Positions 37,678 to 47,831 of a stretch of 64,000 nt of DNA are shown piece after piece. Location: contig CAYMMM010000002.1 of assembly GCA_964391595.1 (NCBI GenBank), positions 16,843-80,842 on the forward strand, in the 5' to 3' direction. The stretch is from an uncultured Candidatus Saccharibacteria bacterium (GTDB lineage: Bacteria > Patescibacteriota > Saccharimonadia > CAILAD01 > GCA-016700035). Numbering within the stretch: position 1 is the stretch's first letter; every line of letters starts with the position of its first letter. The notes below the pieces were generated by a model. That model was given only the letters and a program-made list of their open reading frames with translations, made no database searches and had not been told where the DNA came from. Made by a program: the position numbers and the translations under genes.

Positions 37678-40437
37678 TTATTCACCAAGCTCACCCCAAT
37701 TTGATCCAACTGCCTCCCCTACTTCAATTGGAACCTTGAGCGTAATAACCTGCTCCATAGTATCTCGCAGGAGCTGCTTAACTTCCTCGACCAGTTTCTC
37801 ATCACATTCGACGATCAGTTCGTCGTGAATCTGTAAAATCATATGCGCCTCACCGTCTAGTTTCGCTAGTTTTGGTGCCAACTGAATCATCGCTAACTTC
37901 ATCATATCGGCAGCTGTACCCTGGAGTGGCATGTTTACAGCTTGACGCTCTGCAGCAGATCGAACAATAAAGTTACTCGACTTCACATCAGGACATGGGC
38001 GCCTTCGGCCATACAATGTTTCTGTATACCCCTCTTCTAATGCCTGTTTTTTCAGCTTTTTGATATACTCCGCAACACCTTTTCGAAGCTCGAAGTACTT
38101 ATCAATAAACTCCTTACTCTCTTCATAGCTCATGCCAGTAGCAACCGACAGTCCATGCGTATTCATACCATACAGCACACCAAAATTGATCGTCTTTGCA
38201 CCATATCGCTGATCCTTCGTAACCTCTTCAGGTTTCACGCCATTCATTTGAGCAGCTGTTAGTGTATGGATATCGATGCCTGACTTGAAGTCTTCAATCA
38301 TCTGCTTGTCATTTGCCATGGCGGCGGCCAGACGCAATTCAATCTGACTATAGTCGGCCGATACAAACATCTTGCCCCTCTCAGCGACAAAGCCCTTGCG
38401 AATTTCACGCCCCAACGGAGTACGGACTGGGATGTTCTGAAGGTTTGGATTGTTACTTGATAGTCTCCCTGTTTGCGCAATCGTCTGCTGATAGCTGGTA
38501 TGCACACGCCCGGTCTTCGGCTGCACGAGAAGAGGAAGCGTGTCCACATACGTACTCTTTAGTTTAGCTACTTCCCGATAATCAAAGATGAGATCAATGA
38601 TCGGGTGTTTGCCGCGCAGCTTCTCGAGTTCGCTCGCAGCCGTCGATGTCCCGCCGCTCTTCACCTTCTTAAGTCCCTCACCCTCGATCTTGAGCTTGTT
38701 AAACAAGATATCCTTCAACTGTTGAGTAGAATTGATATTAAATTCCTCACCTGCCTGCTCATAGATCTGCTCTATGGTTTTTGAGAGACGCTTATCCAGC
38801 TCTTTCGAAAACTTGGCGAAGAACACCGAATCAAGCTTTACGCCCGTGAGCTCAACGTCACCGAGCACAGGGATGAGTGGCCACTCGAGCTGGCGTGCCA
38901 CCTCATCAAGCTTGCCGATCTTCTTAAGTTCTTTGCTGAGCTTCAGATAAAGTCGCCAAGCAATATCGGCGTCTTCAGCAGCATATTTGACCGCCTCATC
39001 GATTGGCACCTGGTCAAATGTTTTTTGATTCTTCCCTCGCGCGCCAATAAGCTCCGTTATCTCGATCATCTCGAGGCCTAATTCTGCCAAGGCTAAGCCT
39101 GATAGCGTCTGTGCTCGCCCCATAGGGTTGATAAGAAAGGCCGCAACCATAGTGTCAAAGCAAATCCCCTGCATCGTCACGCCAGCCTGCTTGATGACCT
39201 GATAGTCGTACTTGATGTTGTGCCCGATCTTCCCGATCTTCGGGCTTTCAAGAACTGGTCGCAATGCTTCAAGCACCGTTGCGGCAGGCAGCTGCTCTCC
39301 CTCCTGATGACCGACGGGTATGTAATACGCCTTACCTTCTTCCCATGCTAACGAGATACCGACGAGATCGGCGGCAATCGGCTCCACCGAGGTTGTCTCA
39401 GTATCAATAGAGAATTCCTTAAGTGTTGTAAGTTTTGCAACGATATCATTGAGCTGCTTCTCGGTTGTAACTGCTTCATATTTGGCAGTCTTCAAGTGAG
39501 TACGCAGGCGATCATGATCACGTGCATCAACATCATAGATATCGTCGAAGAGATTCTTCTGCTGCCCAACCTCGCTCTGCGGCAGCTTCGCTATCAGCGA
39601 CCGAAACTCAAGCTTATGGAGCAACTGCACAACCTTCTCACGATCGTAGCGATGGAGCCGGGCATCCTCGAGCTCAAATTCGCATGGTACATCACGTACG
39701 ATTGTCGAGAGTTCAAGTGATCGATACGCGTCATCCTTCCCAGCCTCAAGCTTAGCGCGCACCGCAGGCTTGATCTCATCTAAGTGTGCATAGATTCCAT
39801 CTAAAGTTTTATACTGCACCACGAGATCCGCAGCCGTCTTCTCTCCAATGCCTTTGACTCCAGGTATGTTATCACTTGAGTCACCCTTGAGTGCTTTGGT
39901 TACTAGGAAACCCTCTGGGTCGACGCCATATCGCGCCTCTACAGCGGCGGGGTCATAGAGTATGGTATCCGAGAAACCACGCTTGAGCGTATAGATACTG
40001 ACATACTCATCCACAAGCTGAAGCTCATCCATATCGCCAGTCACGATAACGACTTCATGCTTCGACTTGAGCTTTTCGGCGAGCGTACCGATAACATCAT
40101 CAGCTTCGTAGCCTGTTACGCCAACGACGGGAATCTCAAACGCCTTCAGAAGATCCTTAGTCACATCAAACTGCGGTACGAGGTCTTTATCTGTCTCCTT
40201 GCGGGTCGCCTTATACTTTTCGTCGAGGTCATGTCGAAACGTCTTACCAGGCATATCCCAAGCCACTACCACGTATTCAGGCTTGAGCTCCTTGATGGCA
40301 TTGAGCAGCATCATCGTAAAGCCATAGACACCGTTGGTTGGCGTGCCGTCTTTCGTGCTTAAAAATGGTATGGCGTGAAAACCGCGATGTAGCAGGGCAT
40401 GCCCGTCAAAAATCGCTACGCGTGATCGATTGGTCAT
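37678..40437 (-). CDS. polA: DNA polymerase I
   Basis: 919 aa: 5'-3' exonuclease, 3'-5' exonuclease-like domain, and polymerase motifs A/B/C (DYSQIELR; the ...QGTAADMMKLAMI helix). Confidence 0.95.
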   Translation of the reverse strand: MTNRSRVAIFDGHALLHRGFHAIPFLSTKDGTPTNGVYGFTMMLLNAIKELKPEYVVVAWDMPGKTFRHDLDEKYKATRKETDKDLVPQFDVTKDLLKAFEIPVVGVTGYEADDVIGTLAEKLKSKHEVVIVTGDMDELQLVDEYVSIYTLKRGFSDTILYDPAAVEARYGVDPEGFLVTKALKGDSSDNIPGVKGIGEKTAADLVVQYKTLDGIYAHLDEIKPAVRAKLEAGKDDAYRSLELSTIVRDVPCEFELEDARLHRYDREKVVQLLHKLEFRSLIAKLPQSEVGQQKNLFDDIYDVDARDHDRLRTHLKTAKYEAVTTEKQLNDIVAKLTTLKEFSIDTETTSVEPIAADLVGISLAWEEGKAYYIPVGHQEGEQLPAATVLEALRPVLESPKIGKIGHNIKYDYQVIKQAGVTMQGICFDTMVAAFLINPMGRAQTLSGLALAELGLEMIEITELIGARGKNQKTFDQVPIDEAVKYAAEDADIAWRLYLKLSKELKKIGKLDEVARQLEWPLIPVLGDVELTGVKLDSVFFAKFSKELDKRLSKTIEQIYEQAGEEFNINSTQQLKDILFNKLKIEGEGLKKVKSGGTSTAASELEKLRGKHPIIDLIFDYREVAKLKSTYVDTLPLLVQPKTGRVHTSYQQTIAQTGRLSSNNPNLQNIPVRTPLGREIRKGFVAERGKMFVSADYSQIELRLAAAMANDKQMIEDFKSGIDIHTLTAAQMNGVKPEEVTKDQRYGAKTINFGVLYGMNTHGLSVATGMSYEESKEFIDKYFELRKGVAEYIKKLKKQALEEGYTETLYGRRRPCPDVKSSNFIVRSAAERQAVNMPLQGTAADMMKLAMIQLAPKLAKLDGEAHMILQIHDELIVECDEKLVEEVKQLLRDTMEQVITLKVPIEVGEAVGSNWGELGE

Positions 40438-40445
40438 ACCTGATA

Positions 40446-41255
40446 TTATACGCGTTTTTCAGATAAGGAGGAGTCCGGGTGACTGAGCATCTGTGTTTTG
40501 AGGATGAGAAACAGCTGCCGCATACTATCTGCTATCTGTTGGGAGTGAATAACGGTCCCAAAAACCTCTTGCCCATAGCTCAGATAGGCTACCTTATCGG
40601 CATAGACATTGATCTCTACCGGCATGTTATAGATATCGGGATCATAGAAGGTGTGCTCAATCAGGTGCTCCGTATGCTTTGCGGGAGTTTTCGCGAGCGT
40701 GAATCCTTTTGGCGTTAGCGACTGCACATGTATCCCCTTGCGAACTCGTGTGGCAACAAAATCATCAAGATACTCACTCCCGAGAAAATCATGCTGGTTT
40801 GGAGAAATGATGAGCATCACATCAGCTTTCGTCTGTAGAATATCATCATAAATATCCTTCAAACCCTCAACTCCCTGATACTGCCTTACTGCTGGTTGCT
40901 CGGTTAGCTGATGATAACGCTGCGTCAAACTCGGTAACAGTGATTTAAAACGATATTCATTATTGAGCAAAATATTTCTTCGACGCTCTACCAGGGTTTC
41001 GATGTTGATTGGATTGGCTGGCAAGTAGCTGAGCTTCTTCCCTATTTTTGATTTACTTACGAGATTAAGCTCCTCGAGCCGCGCGAGTATCGAGTAGGCA
41101 TTTGTGCGAGTTTCTTTGAGCTTCTCTGACACGAGCGTAGGTGTGATCTCGCCCACTTCTAGTGCCAGCAAATATGTCTGGGCTTGATTCTTATTAAGTC
41201 CAAGGCCCTCAAGAATCGCTATGTCGGTTGGTTCTGTGGGTTTTGTCGATTTCAT
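40446..41255 (-). CDS. TrmB-family transcriptional regulator
   Basis: N-terminal winged HTH (ILEGLGLNKNQAQTYLLALEVGEITPTLVSEKLKETRTNAYSILARLEELNLV) is TrmB-like; a C-terminal domain follows. Confidence 0.55.
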   Translation of the reverse strand: MKSTKPTEPTDIAILEGLGLNKNQAQTYLLALEVGEITPTLVSEKLKETRTNAYSILARLEELNLVSKSKIGKKLSYLPANPINIETLVERRRNILLNNEYRFKSLLPSLTQRYHQLTEQPAVRQYQGVEGLKDIYDDILQTKADVMLIISPNQHDFLGSEYLDDFVATRVRKGIHVQSLTPKGFTLAKTPAKHTEHLIEHTFYDPDIYNMPVEINVYADKVAYLSYGQEVFGTVIHSQQIADSMRQLFLILKTQMLSHPDSSLSEKRV

Positions 41256-41560
41256 TTCGACATTATTATAGCAAATATATATCTGTAAGTACAGTATTTT
41301 GCCATTACATATTGACTATTAGACGTATTCGTCCCATACTAGGCCCATCAAAACAAACAGCACCTAGATATCAAATGAGTCACCCGCGAAGCCCCACTGG
41401 CTGACGATATACATCGTCCATCAATGGGACTTTACGACCCAATACCTTTCTACAGACCTCTTACAGAATCTCGACAGTTGCCTCGGAACAGCTGCCGGGA
41501 TCCCAAAGATCTCGGGTTTAGACCCGGCAAAATTCCGAAAACCGGACTCATACAGCAACA

Positions 41561-42631
41561 GTGCCAACGACTGACTCGTTGGAAAAGCACCTACCAAGGA
41601 GTAAAATGTTCCAGTTCATCCTGTTCATCCTGTTGGTCGTGGCCGCCGTGGTCATGGTCGGCATGGGTCGCAAGACCTTCGCAGAAGGTTCGAGCGACGA
41701 GATGAAGGTCAACTTCCGGGCGTTCAGCCCCATCCCCCTACTCCTGGGCATCCTCATCCTCTTCTTCAGCACGTTCACCACGGTGGACGGTGGCTTCGTC
41801 GGTATCCCGAAAGCTTTCGGGTCGTACGGTACGCCGCTCGGAGAAGGAGCCCACTTCGTCGCCCCCTGGGCAGACGTCGTGGATCTCGAGGTCAGAACCC
41901 AGGAATACACCATGTCATCCAAAAGCTCCGAAGGCAACGTCAGCGGCGACGACTCCGTCTCCGTTACCGCCTCCGACCAGGTGACAATCGGTGTGGATGC
42001 AACCGTGCTCTACCGCCCGAATGCCAAGACAGCCGACAAGCTGATCAAGGACCTCGGCGAGGAGTACGTCGGCAAGATCGTCCGCCCCACCGCTCGTCAG
42101 GTCATCCGAGACGTCGGCACCCAGTACTCGGGTATCGACCTCGTGACCTCAAAGCGTCAGGCGTACGCCACGCAAGTCAAGGAGGAGATCACCAAGAAGG
42201 TGGCCGCCTACGGCATCACCATCGAGGACGTCAAGATCCGTGACATGAGCCTGCCGAAGCCCCTTGAGGAAGCCGTGAACGCCAAGGCCACCGCCGCTCA
42301 GCTCGCTGACCAGAAAATCAACGAGCTCAGGCAGGCCCAGCTGCAGGCCGACATCGACCGAACCAAGGCGCAAGCCACGGCCGACAGCCAGCAGATCGTT
42401 GCGTGTGGCGGTCACCCCGAAAACGTGACCGTCGACGGCCAGACCAAGCAGGTCGTCGTGCCCAATCGTGGCGATCAGTGCGACCAGCGTCAGCTGACAC
42501 CGGAGTTCCTCCAGAGCCAGTACATCCAAGCCCTCAAGGCAGTGGTGGATTCGCCGAACAACTCGACGATCATCCTCCCGATGGATCAGGGGCTGACCCC
42601 CCAGCTGATCCTGCCCAACGGCAAGGGCTAA
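41561..42631 (+). CDS. SPFH/band-7 (prohibitin/HflC-like) membrane protein in a GC-rich island
   Basis: N-terminal TM segment (FILFILLVVAAVVMVGM), an SPFH core and a coiled-coil tail. Codon third positions are almost all G/C, unlike the flanking genes. Confidence 0.8.
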   Translation: MPTTDSLEKHLPRSKMFQFILFILLVVAAVVMVGMGRKTFAEGSSDEMKVNFRAFSPIPLLLGILILFFSTFTTVDGGFVGIPKAFGSYGTPLGEGAHFVAPWADVVDLEVRTQEYTMSSKSSEGNVSGDDSVSVTASDQVTIGVDATVLYRPNAKTADKLIKDLGEEYVGKIVRPTARQVIRDVGTQYSGIDLVTSKRQAYATQVKEEITKKVAAYGITIEDVKIRDMSLPKPLEEAVNAKATAAQLADQKINELRQAQLQADIDRTKAQATADSQQIVACGGHPENVTVDGQTKQVVVPNRGDQCDQRQLTPEFLQSQYIQALKAVVDSPNNSTIILPMDQGLTPQLILPNGKG

Positions 42632-42759
42632 CTGCAGTAACCGGCCTATCGAGGGCCTTTTGCCCCTCGTCTGATACTCGAGCAGCCTCTCGAATACCCC
42701 ACCCCTTGCAACATAGGGGTGGGCTTACCTGTATTTGCATAATTGCCGATAGCACCAGC

Positions 42760-43074
42760 ATAATGAATGTCATGAGCAAGACAGATGATGAACCAGGACG
42801 CGAGCTTACGACCCACGAGGAAGTAACGGGCGTCGACACACCAGAGGGGCGTGCCGGGCTTACAGATGCCTTGAGGGGCTTGCGCGATCTCGCAGTACAA
42901 AATACTGCTACTGAAGGTACGCAGCCCGGCTGGCGCATCAGTACAGAAGAACGAGCTGTCGGTAAGACAAACTTACCTAGAGCACGAGATGCACTGCGCG
43001 CTACTGAGTCACCGACTATCAAGCTAGCCCGTGAGAAAAAGGTCCGAGACGCTACTAAAAACGACCCGCAATGA
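42760..43074 (+). CDS. Possible small acidic/hydrophilic protein (~104 aa) inside the GC-rich island
   Basis: MNVMSKTDDEPGRELTTHEEV... is the C-terminal part of a longer spurious ORF. Its stop codon sits in the loop of the 43061-43088 terminator hairpin. No SD is visible. Confidence 0.25.
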   Translation: MMNVMSKTDDEPGRELTTHEEVTGVDTPEGRAGLTDALRGLRDLAVQNTATEGTQPGWRISTEERAVGKTNLPRARDALRATESPTIKLAREKKVRDATKNDPQ

Positions 43075-43088
43075 GCAGGTCGTTTTTT
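43061..43088. terminator. Bidirectional intrinsic terminator closing the GC island (+) and rpoD (-)
   Basis: Stem ACGACC (43061-43066) pairs with GGTCGT (43078-43083), followed by TTTTTT (43083-43088) on the plus strand. On the minus strand the same hairpin is followed by TTTTAG. The rpoD stop codon is 17 bp away. Confidence 0.6.
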
Positions 43089-43104
43089 AGTTTTGGCTAT
43101 ACTC

Positions 43105-44247
43105 CTACTGTAGGTAGTCTTTGAGGCGCTTGGAGTCTTTGTGCTTACGGAGCTTCGCCAAAGCTTTCGCTTCAATCTGGCGAATTCGTTCGCGCGTCAC
43201 GCCAAACTCCTGCCCGACTTCTTCGAGCGTATGGCTTCTGCCGTCCTCGAGACCGAAGCGCATGCGCAAGATCTTCTGCTCTCGCGGTGTAAGGAGCGAC
43301 AACGTATCGTTGATATGTTCCTTCAGAAGCTCATACGTCGCAGCATCTACTGGCGATACGGAGTCCTGATCCTCGATGAACTCACCAAGCGTAGAGTCTT
43401 CGTCCTCACCTACGGCCGCATCAAGCGAGGTTGTATCCTGGCTAATCTTCTGGATATGCAAAACTTTCTCGACATCCATTTCCATTTCTTTTGCCAGCTC
43501 TTCTGGGCTTGGCTCACGACCCAGCTCACTCGTCAATCGTCGTTGGGTACGAATAAGCTTGTTGATCGTCTCTACCATGTGCACTGGAATACGAATCACA
43601 CGAGCTTGGTCAGCAATCGCACGGGTAATTGCCTGGCGGATCCACCAAGTAGCGTAGGTAGAAAACTTAAAACCTTTGGTGTAATCGAATTTTTCTACAG
43701 CGCGCAGAAGACCCGTATTCCCCTCCTGAATCAGGTCGAGCAGATCTAGACCGCGACCAATGTATTTTTTCGCAATCGAAACAACGAGGCGCATATTTGC
43801 TTCGGCGAGCGCGTCCTTGGCTGATTTATCGCCTTGCTCGATGCGCTTCGCAAGCGCAACCTCTTCCTCGGCATTAATCAGTGGTATCTTCCCGATCTCA
43901 CGCAAGTAGAGACGCACAGAGTCATCAGCGATGTCTTTGATCGCCTCCTCGCTCACAGCATTTTCTACATCTTCCTCAGGTTCTGTCTGCCAAATAAGCT
44001 TGTCTTTTTGATCTACTACTTCAATGCCTGCATCAATCAGGGCAGAATAGAGATCATCAAGTAGGTCTACTTGTTCTTCTGCTTGAGGGATAGCCTGTAA
44101 TACTTCTTGCTGCGTGACAAAGCCTTGTTCGCGACCTTTTGTAACCAGCCTCTGCACTGCTGGCTTCAGCTCTTCAGGGATGTTTGGCTCGAGATTACGT
44201 CCCTCTTCTGGCTGTGCTTTTTTGCGTGGCATAAAAAATCCTTCCAA
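43105..44247 (-). CDS. rpoD: RNA polymerase sigma factor RpoD (sigma-70)
   Basis: Regions 1.2, 2 ([27 protein letters not shown]), 3 and 4 ([24 protein letters not shown]) are all present. Confidence 0.95.
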   Translation of the reverse strand: MEGFFMPRKKAQPEEGRNLEPNIPEELKPAVQRLVTKGREQGFVTQQEVLQAIPQAEEQVDLLDDLYSALIDAGIEVVDQKDKLIWQTEPEEDVENAVSEEAIKDIADDSVRLYLREIGKIPLINAEEEVALAKRIEQGDKSAKDALAEANMRLVVSIAKKYIGRGLDLLDLIQEGNTGLLRAVEKFDYTKGFKFSTYATWWIRQAITRAIADQARVIRIPVHMVETINKLIRTQRRLTSELGREPSPEELAKEMEMDVEKVLHIQKISQDTTSLDAAVGEDEDSTLGEFIEDQDSVSPVDAATYELLKEHINDTLSLLTPREQKILRMRFGLEDGRSHTLEEVGQEFGVTRERIRQIEAKALAKLRKHKDSKRLKDYLQ

Positions 44248-44286
44248 ATTATCTAGTTTGCAATGTAATCAATATGATAGGTGATG

Positions 44287-46077
44287 TTAGTAGAAGGTAC
44301 TTTCGTCTTCCAGTAAGCCCTGGTAAGCTTTGAGAATTTCACCTGCCGACTTGGTATCCCCTTGCTGTTCAGCGACGGCAAGCTGGCGTGATAATTCCCG
44401 CTTCTTTAGAGTAAAAATATGTTTTTGTATTGTGTGTACTTGGGTAAAGGCTTCGAGCCCGCGTTCGTGTTCGCTAAGATGCGAATATTCATGTTCACCC
44501 CGTAGTGATAGCATCTTAACATCATCTTCCTTATCTGGCAAGAGTTTCGAGAGGGCGTCCTCACTGATATCAGGTGAATCAATCAAAGCCTTCATGAGTG
44601 GCTTATTGCCATCTGATATATCAGAGATATTAAGATCTTGAAGCACAATTCTGGTGTCTTTGAACGCCAACACCATCTCTATGAGCATATCTTCGAGTTG
44701 CTCTTGTCGCGAACGTTTTTTTGGTGCCTGAACATGCTGCGCAGCAGCCTCTTCTGGCTGAACTCTTTTGGTGCTCATTTGAGGTGTTTTTTGTTTCGTC
44801 TTACTTACTTGTTCTCGAAGTAGATCAGCACTGACACCCACCATAGAAGCAGTTTGAGATATGTAGTGCTCACGCTCAACTGAGTCAGTCAGACGAGCCA
44901 GAATAGGGATAACAAACTGTACAAATTTCTTCTTCCCATCCCCTGTAGACAGGTCATGCTGCGCAGCTGCGTAGCTAATGATGTAGTCGACAACATAAGC
45001 AGCCTGCTCGTAAGCCTCTTTCCACAATTTTGGATCCTGCTTTATCAGCTCATCGGGGTCTTTTGCTGATTCAAACTGGATCACTTCGAGACGAATCGGA
45101 AGACCAGCCCCGAGCTCAAGCGTCCGCTGTGTTGCCTTTACCCCAGCTTCGTCTTGATCAAAACAAAGCTTGATGCGGCTTGCCATACGACTCAGACTTA
45201 AGAGCTGCTCATGTGTCAGGGCTGTCCCACTCACCGCTACGACTTGCTCATACCCTGCCTGCCAGATACTAATCACGTCAAGATGACCTTCGACAATGAT
45301 TACTTCATCCTTGGTGCGGATCGCTTTTTTGGCTTGCTTCAAACCGAATATCGCACTCGTCTTATGGTAGATAGGTGTGTCTGGGGAGTTTATATACTTA
45401 GCGGCCTTCGCTTCACCAAGAAGCCGACCCGAAAAACCCACTGCCCTACCACGCGCATCGTACACAGGAAACATAATGCGGTCACGAAATACATCAAATC
45501 CTGACGTACGACCTGCCTTTTGACTACTCAAGCCAGCCTGCTTGAGCTCTTGAAGGCTATATCCACGTTTTACTGCATATTCAGTAAAACTCGACCAGTC
45601 TTCTGGAGCATAGCCAAGGGTATATGCCTTTATCGCCTCAGCCTTAATCCCTCGCTTATCCTTAGTATACGCAAGAGCTGGCTTGGACTGAGAAAGCTGC
45701 AGATGATAATACTTCACCGCAAGTTCCACGAGCTCATACAGGCGCGTACGATCATCACGAGGAGCGCGTGCCTGCTTGCTAAGCGTAACCCCGGCTCGTT
45801 GCGCCAACATCTCGAGTGCTTCAGGGAAGCTAATCCCCTCGACGCGCATCACGAAGCTAATCACGTCACCACCTTCACTGGCTCCGAAGTCATGCCAAAT
45901 CTGTTTGTCTGGACTCACAAAGAAACTGGGCGTTTTCTCATCCCGAAACGGCGAGCGCGCCTTGTAGTCTTTACCGGCTTTCTTCAACTCGATATAGCCA
46001 CCAATCACATCGACAATATCGATCTTCGACTTGACTAGTTCCGCATCATTCATACTGACATTATAGCCTGCTACCAC
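44287..46077 (-). CDS. dnaG: DNA primase DnaG
   Basis: Zinc-binding domain, TOPRIM motifs (EGHLDVIS; DQDEAG) and a C-terminal helicase-interaction region. Lies upstream of rpoD, the classic arrangement. Confidence 0.9.
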   Translation of the reverse strand: MVAGYNVSMNDAELVKSKIDIVDVIGGYIELKKAGKDYKARSPFRDEKTPSFFVSPDKQIWHDFGASEGGDVISFVMRVEGISFPEALEMLAQRAGVTLSKQARAPRDDRTRLYELVELAVKYYHLQLSQSKPALAYTKDKRGIKAEAIKAYTLGYAPEDWSSFTEYAVKRGYSLQELKQAGLSSQKAGRTSGFDVFRDRIMFPVYDARGRAVGFSGRLLGEAKAAKYINSPDTPIYHKTSAIFGLKQAKKAIRTKDEVIIVEGHLDVISIWQAGYEQVVAVSGTALTHEQLLSLSRMASRIKLCFDQDEAGVKATQRTLELGAGLPIRLEVIQFESAKDPDELIKQDPKLWKEAYEQAAYVVDYIISYAAAQHDLSTGDGKKKFVQFVIPILARLTDSVEREHYISQTASMVGVSADLLREQVSKTKQKTPQMSTKRVQPEEAAAQHVQAPKKRSRQEQLEDMLIEMVLAFKDTRIVLQDLNISDISDGNKPLMKALIDSPDISEDALSKLLPDKEDDVKMLSLRGEHEYSHLSEHERGLEAFTQVHTIQKHIFTLKKRELSRQLAVAEQQGDTKSAGEILKAYQGLLEDESTFY

Positions 46078-46128
46078 TGTAATTCACGAGAAAAACCGAT
46101 CGGGATACGAAAGTTTTTGTGCTTTTCT

Positions 46129-46698
46129 TCACGCAAGGTACGACAATAGTTCAGGAAAGGTGTTCATACCTCTCGAGCCAAGAAAGTGACCGAGTCCATC
46201 CATTTCGACGAGCCTCGCATCAAGCATGCTTGCTAAGGAACGCGTCCGCGCTGGGCGTACGATGGTGTCATCGCGGCTCAATATGCACACGTACTCGCTC
46301 GCGACAATCTTGAGCCGAGTCCAGTCAGGCTCTGGTTGAAAGAACGCTGACGCTCGCTCATCAGGTGCATCATAGAAGCCCGACACCAAAATGACCTTAT
46401 CTACTCGCCCATCAATATCACAAGCCTCCAGCGCCCTTAAGGCCTGCCAACACCCCAAAGAGTGAGCTACGATCGTATCTCCGGGTGCGATAGCTGAGAT
46501 CAAGTCTTGAAGTGCTTGATTCCATGTGAGTATGTCCTCACGGTGGCGGATGGTGGGAAATCTCGGGGCAAGCACCTGAGCACCCTGGCTGCGTAGCAGT
46601 TCTTGCAACCAGCCCAACCAACCGCCTGTAGGATCGTCATCCCAACCGTGGAGGACGATGAAGCGCCTGCCCGACCAAGCGCCTACTTCCATTGCCAA
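46129..46698 (-). CDS. Small alpha/beta serine hydrolase (RBBP9/YdeN-like)
   Basis: 189 aa; nucleophile elbow AHSLGC; a conserved HGxxD and a late His. Confidence 0.55.
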   Translation of the reverse strand: MAMEVGAWSGRRFIVLHGWDDDPTGGWLGWLQELLRSQGAQVLAPRFPTIRHREDILTWNQALQDLISAIAPGDTIVAHSLGCWQALRALEACDIDGRVDKVILVSGFYDAPDERASAFFQPEPDWTRLKIVASEYVCILSRDDTIVRPARTRSLASMLDARLVEMDGLGHFLGSRGMNTFPELLSYLA

Positions 46699-47789
46699 GA
46701 TTCGAGCACATGATCAAACGATTTGCGACTGAAGTTGTCATTATAGGCACCCGTGATCGTAAAGGCGATGTAGTTTTTATCGCCAAATTGCTGATCGGTT
46801 TCGGGCAAAACGATGAATACATTTATGTAGACAGGGTTCCCTCCTGCTTGTGCTGCGCCGACGACTTTTACGGCATCTATATTCCCTACTTTGATATCTT
46901 CCCGAGCAGAAATGGACTTTCCCGTAGTTGCGTTCGTGATCAGAGCCTCCATAATTTTCTGTGAGTCAAACCGCTGACCAGTCCGAGTCTCAGTACTAGA
47001 CGGTGAAGGCGACGCCGATGACGCATCTTGCGCGACGAAGTCAAAGTCGCGAAAGGTAGAAATCACAACTGATGAGACCTTCTGTGCGCCGTAAAAGGCA
47101 GAAAGCTGGCAGTCCTTATTGATATCAACACGAGGAGCTGTCGGTATCTGTACGGTATAGCAGCCAGTATCTAATCGCTCATATCCCGCAGCAAGTTGTT
47201 TTTCTGCCGTATCACGGATCGGCTTAGCAGCAGTACTGGGAGTAGGGGTAGCAACCTGCTTTTGAGTCGTGAGGCGGAGCCCAATGAATATGCCTCCAAG
47301 CACAACTAATACGATCAGACCAATCATGACCAGTCGATAGGGTCCGCGCTTGGGGACGTTGCTCTTCGGCATGGGTGGCGCTGTATTTGTGGGGACCGGT
47401 TGAGGAGCGACATTACTGGTGGGCATACTGTAGCTCGTGGCTGTGGATTGTGGTGTCGGGGCCAGTCTGACAGGCGCAGGAGTAATCGGCGCAGGCGGAG
47501 GAATGACTGACAATTCATCGTCTAAAGGCGATGTGCCTTCTGGCGTTGGGAGCACCTCAGAAATAGGTTCGTGCGGTGGTGGGGCAACAACTGGTGACTC
47601 CTGCAGATCTGGAGTCACCCCAGCAGATGGAGCAAGGGGCGGTAGCTGAGCGGTATTTTGGGCATACCCCTGAGCCAAGGGGTTGTGAAAGACTGGCACC
47701 TCTTGGTGTTGTGGTTCAGCACTACTCGGCGGTGGTGGAACGGGTGGCGTCGCAGACGGGTCGCTAGGGTTGTTTGTATCAGGAGGCAT
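46683..47789 (-). CDS. Proline-rich N-terminal, single-TM protein with an extracytoplasmic domain ending ...WQWK
   Basis: 368 aa; the Pro-rich region reaches residue ~150, then a TM segment (LVMIGLIVLVVLGGIFIGL). The C-terminal domain is paralogous to 47832..48470. Confidence 0.5.
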   Translation of the reverse strand: MPPDTNNPSDPSATPPVPPPPSSAEPQHQEVPVFHNPLAQGYAQNTAQLPPLAPSAGVTPDLQESPVVAPPPHEPISEVLPTPEGTSPLDDELSVIPPPAPITPAPVRLAPTPQSTATSYSMPTSNVAPQPVPTNTAPPMPKSNVPKRGPYRLVMIGLIVLVVLGGIFIGLRLTTQKQVATPTPSTAAKPIRDTAEKQLAAGYERLDTGCYTVQIPTAPRVDINKDCQLSAFYGAQKVSSVVISTFRDFDFVAQDASSASPSPSSTETRTGQRFDSQKIMEALITNATTGKSISAREDIKVGNIDAVKVVGAAQAGGNPVYINVFIVLPETDQQFGDKNYIAFTITGAYNDNFSRKSFDHVLESWQWK

Positions 47790-47831
47790 AGATACTTCAA
47801 GTATAGCAGAGATAGATACTGCTCATGGTAC

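Noticed and set aside
42403-43175. Overlapping 223-aa (+) and 201-aa (-) ORFs in the GC-rich island
   Set aside because: High GC suppresses stop codons in all frames. Both overlap the SPFH gene and each other and are Arg/Pro/Ala-rich nonsense. Only the last ~104 codons of the plus ORF (42760..43074) are kept, as a low-confidence candidate.
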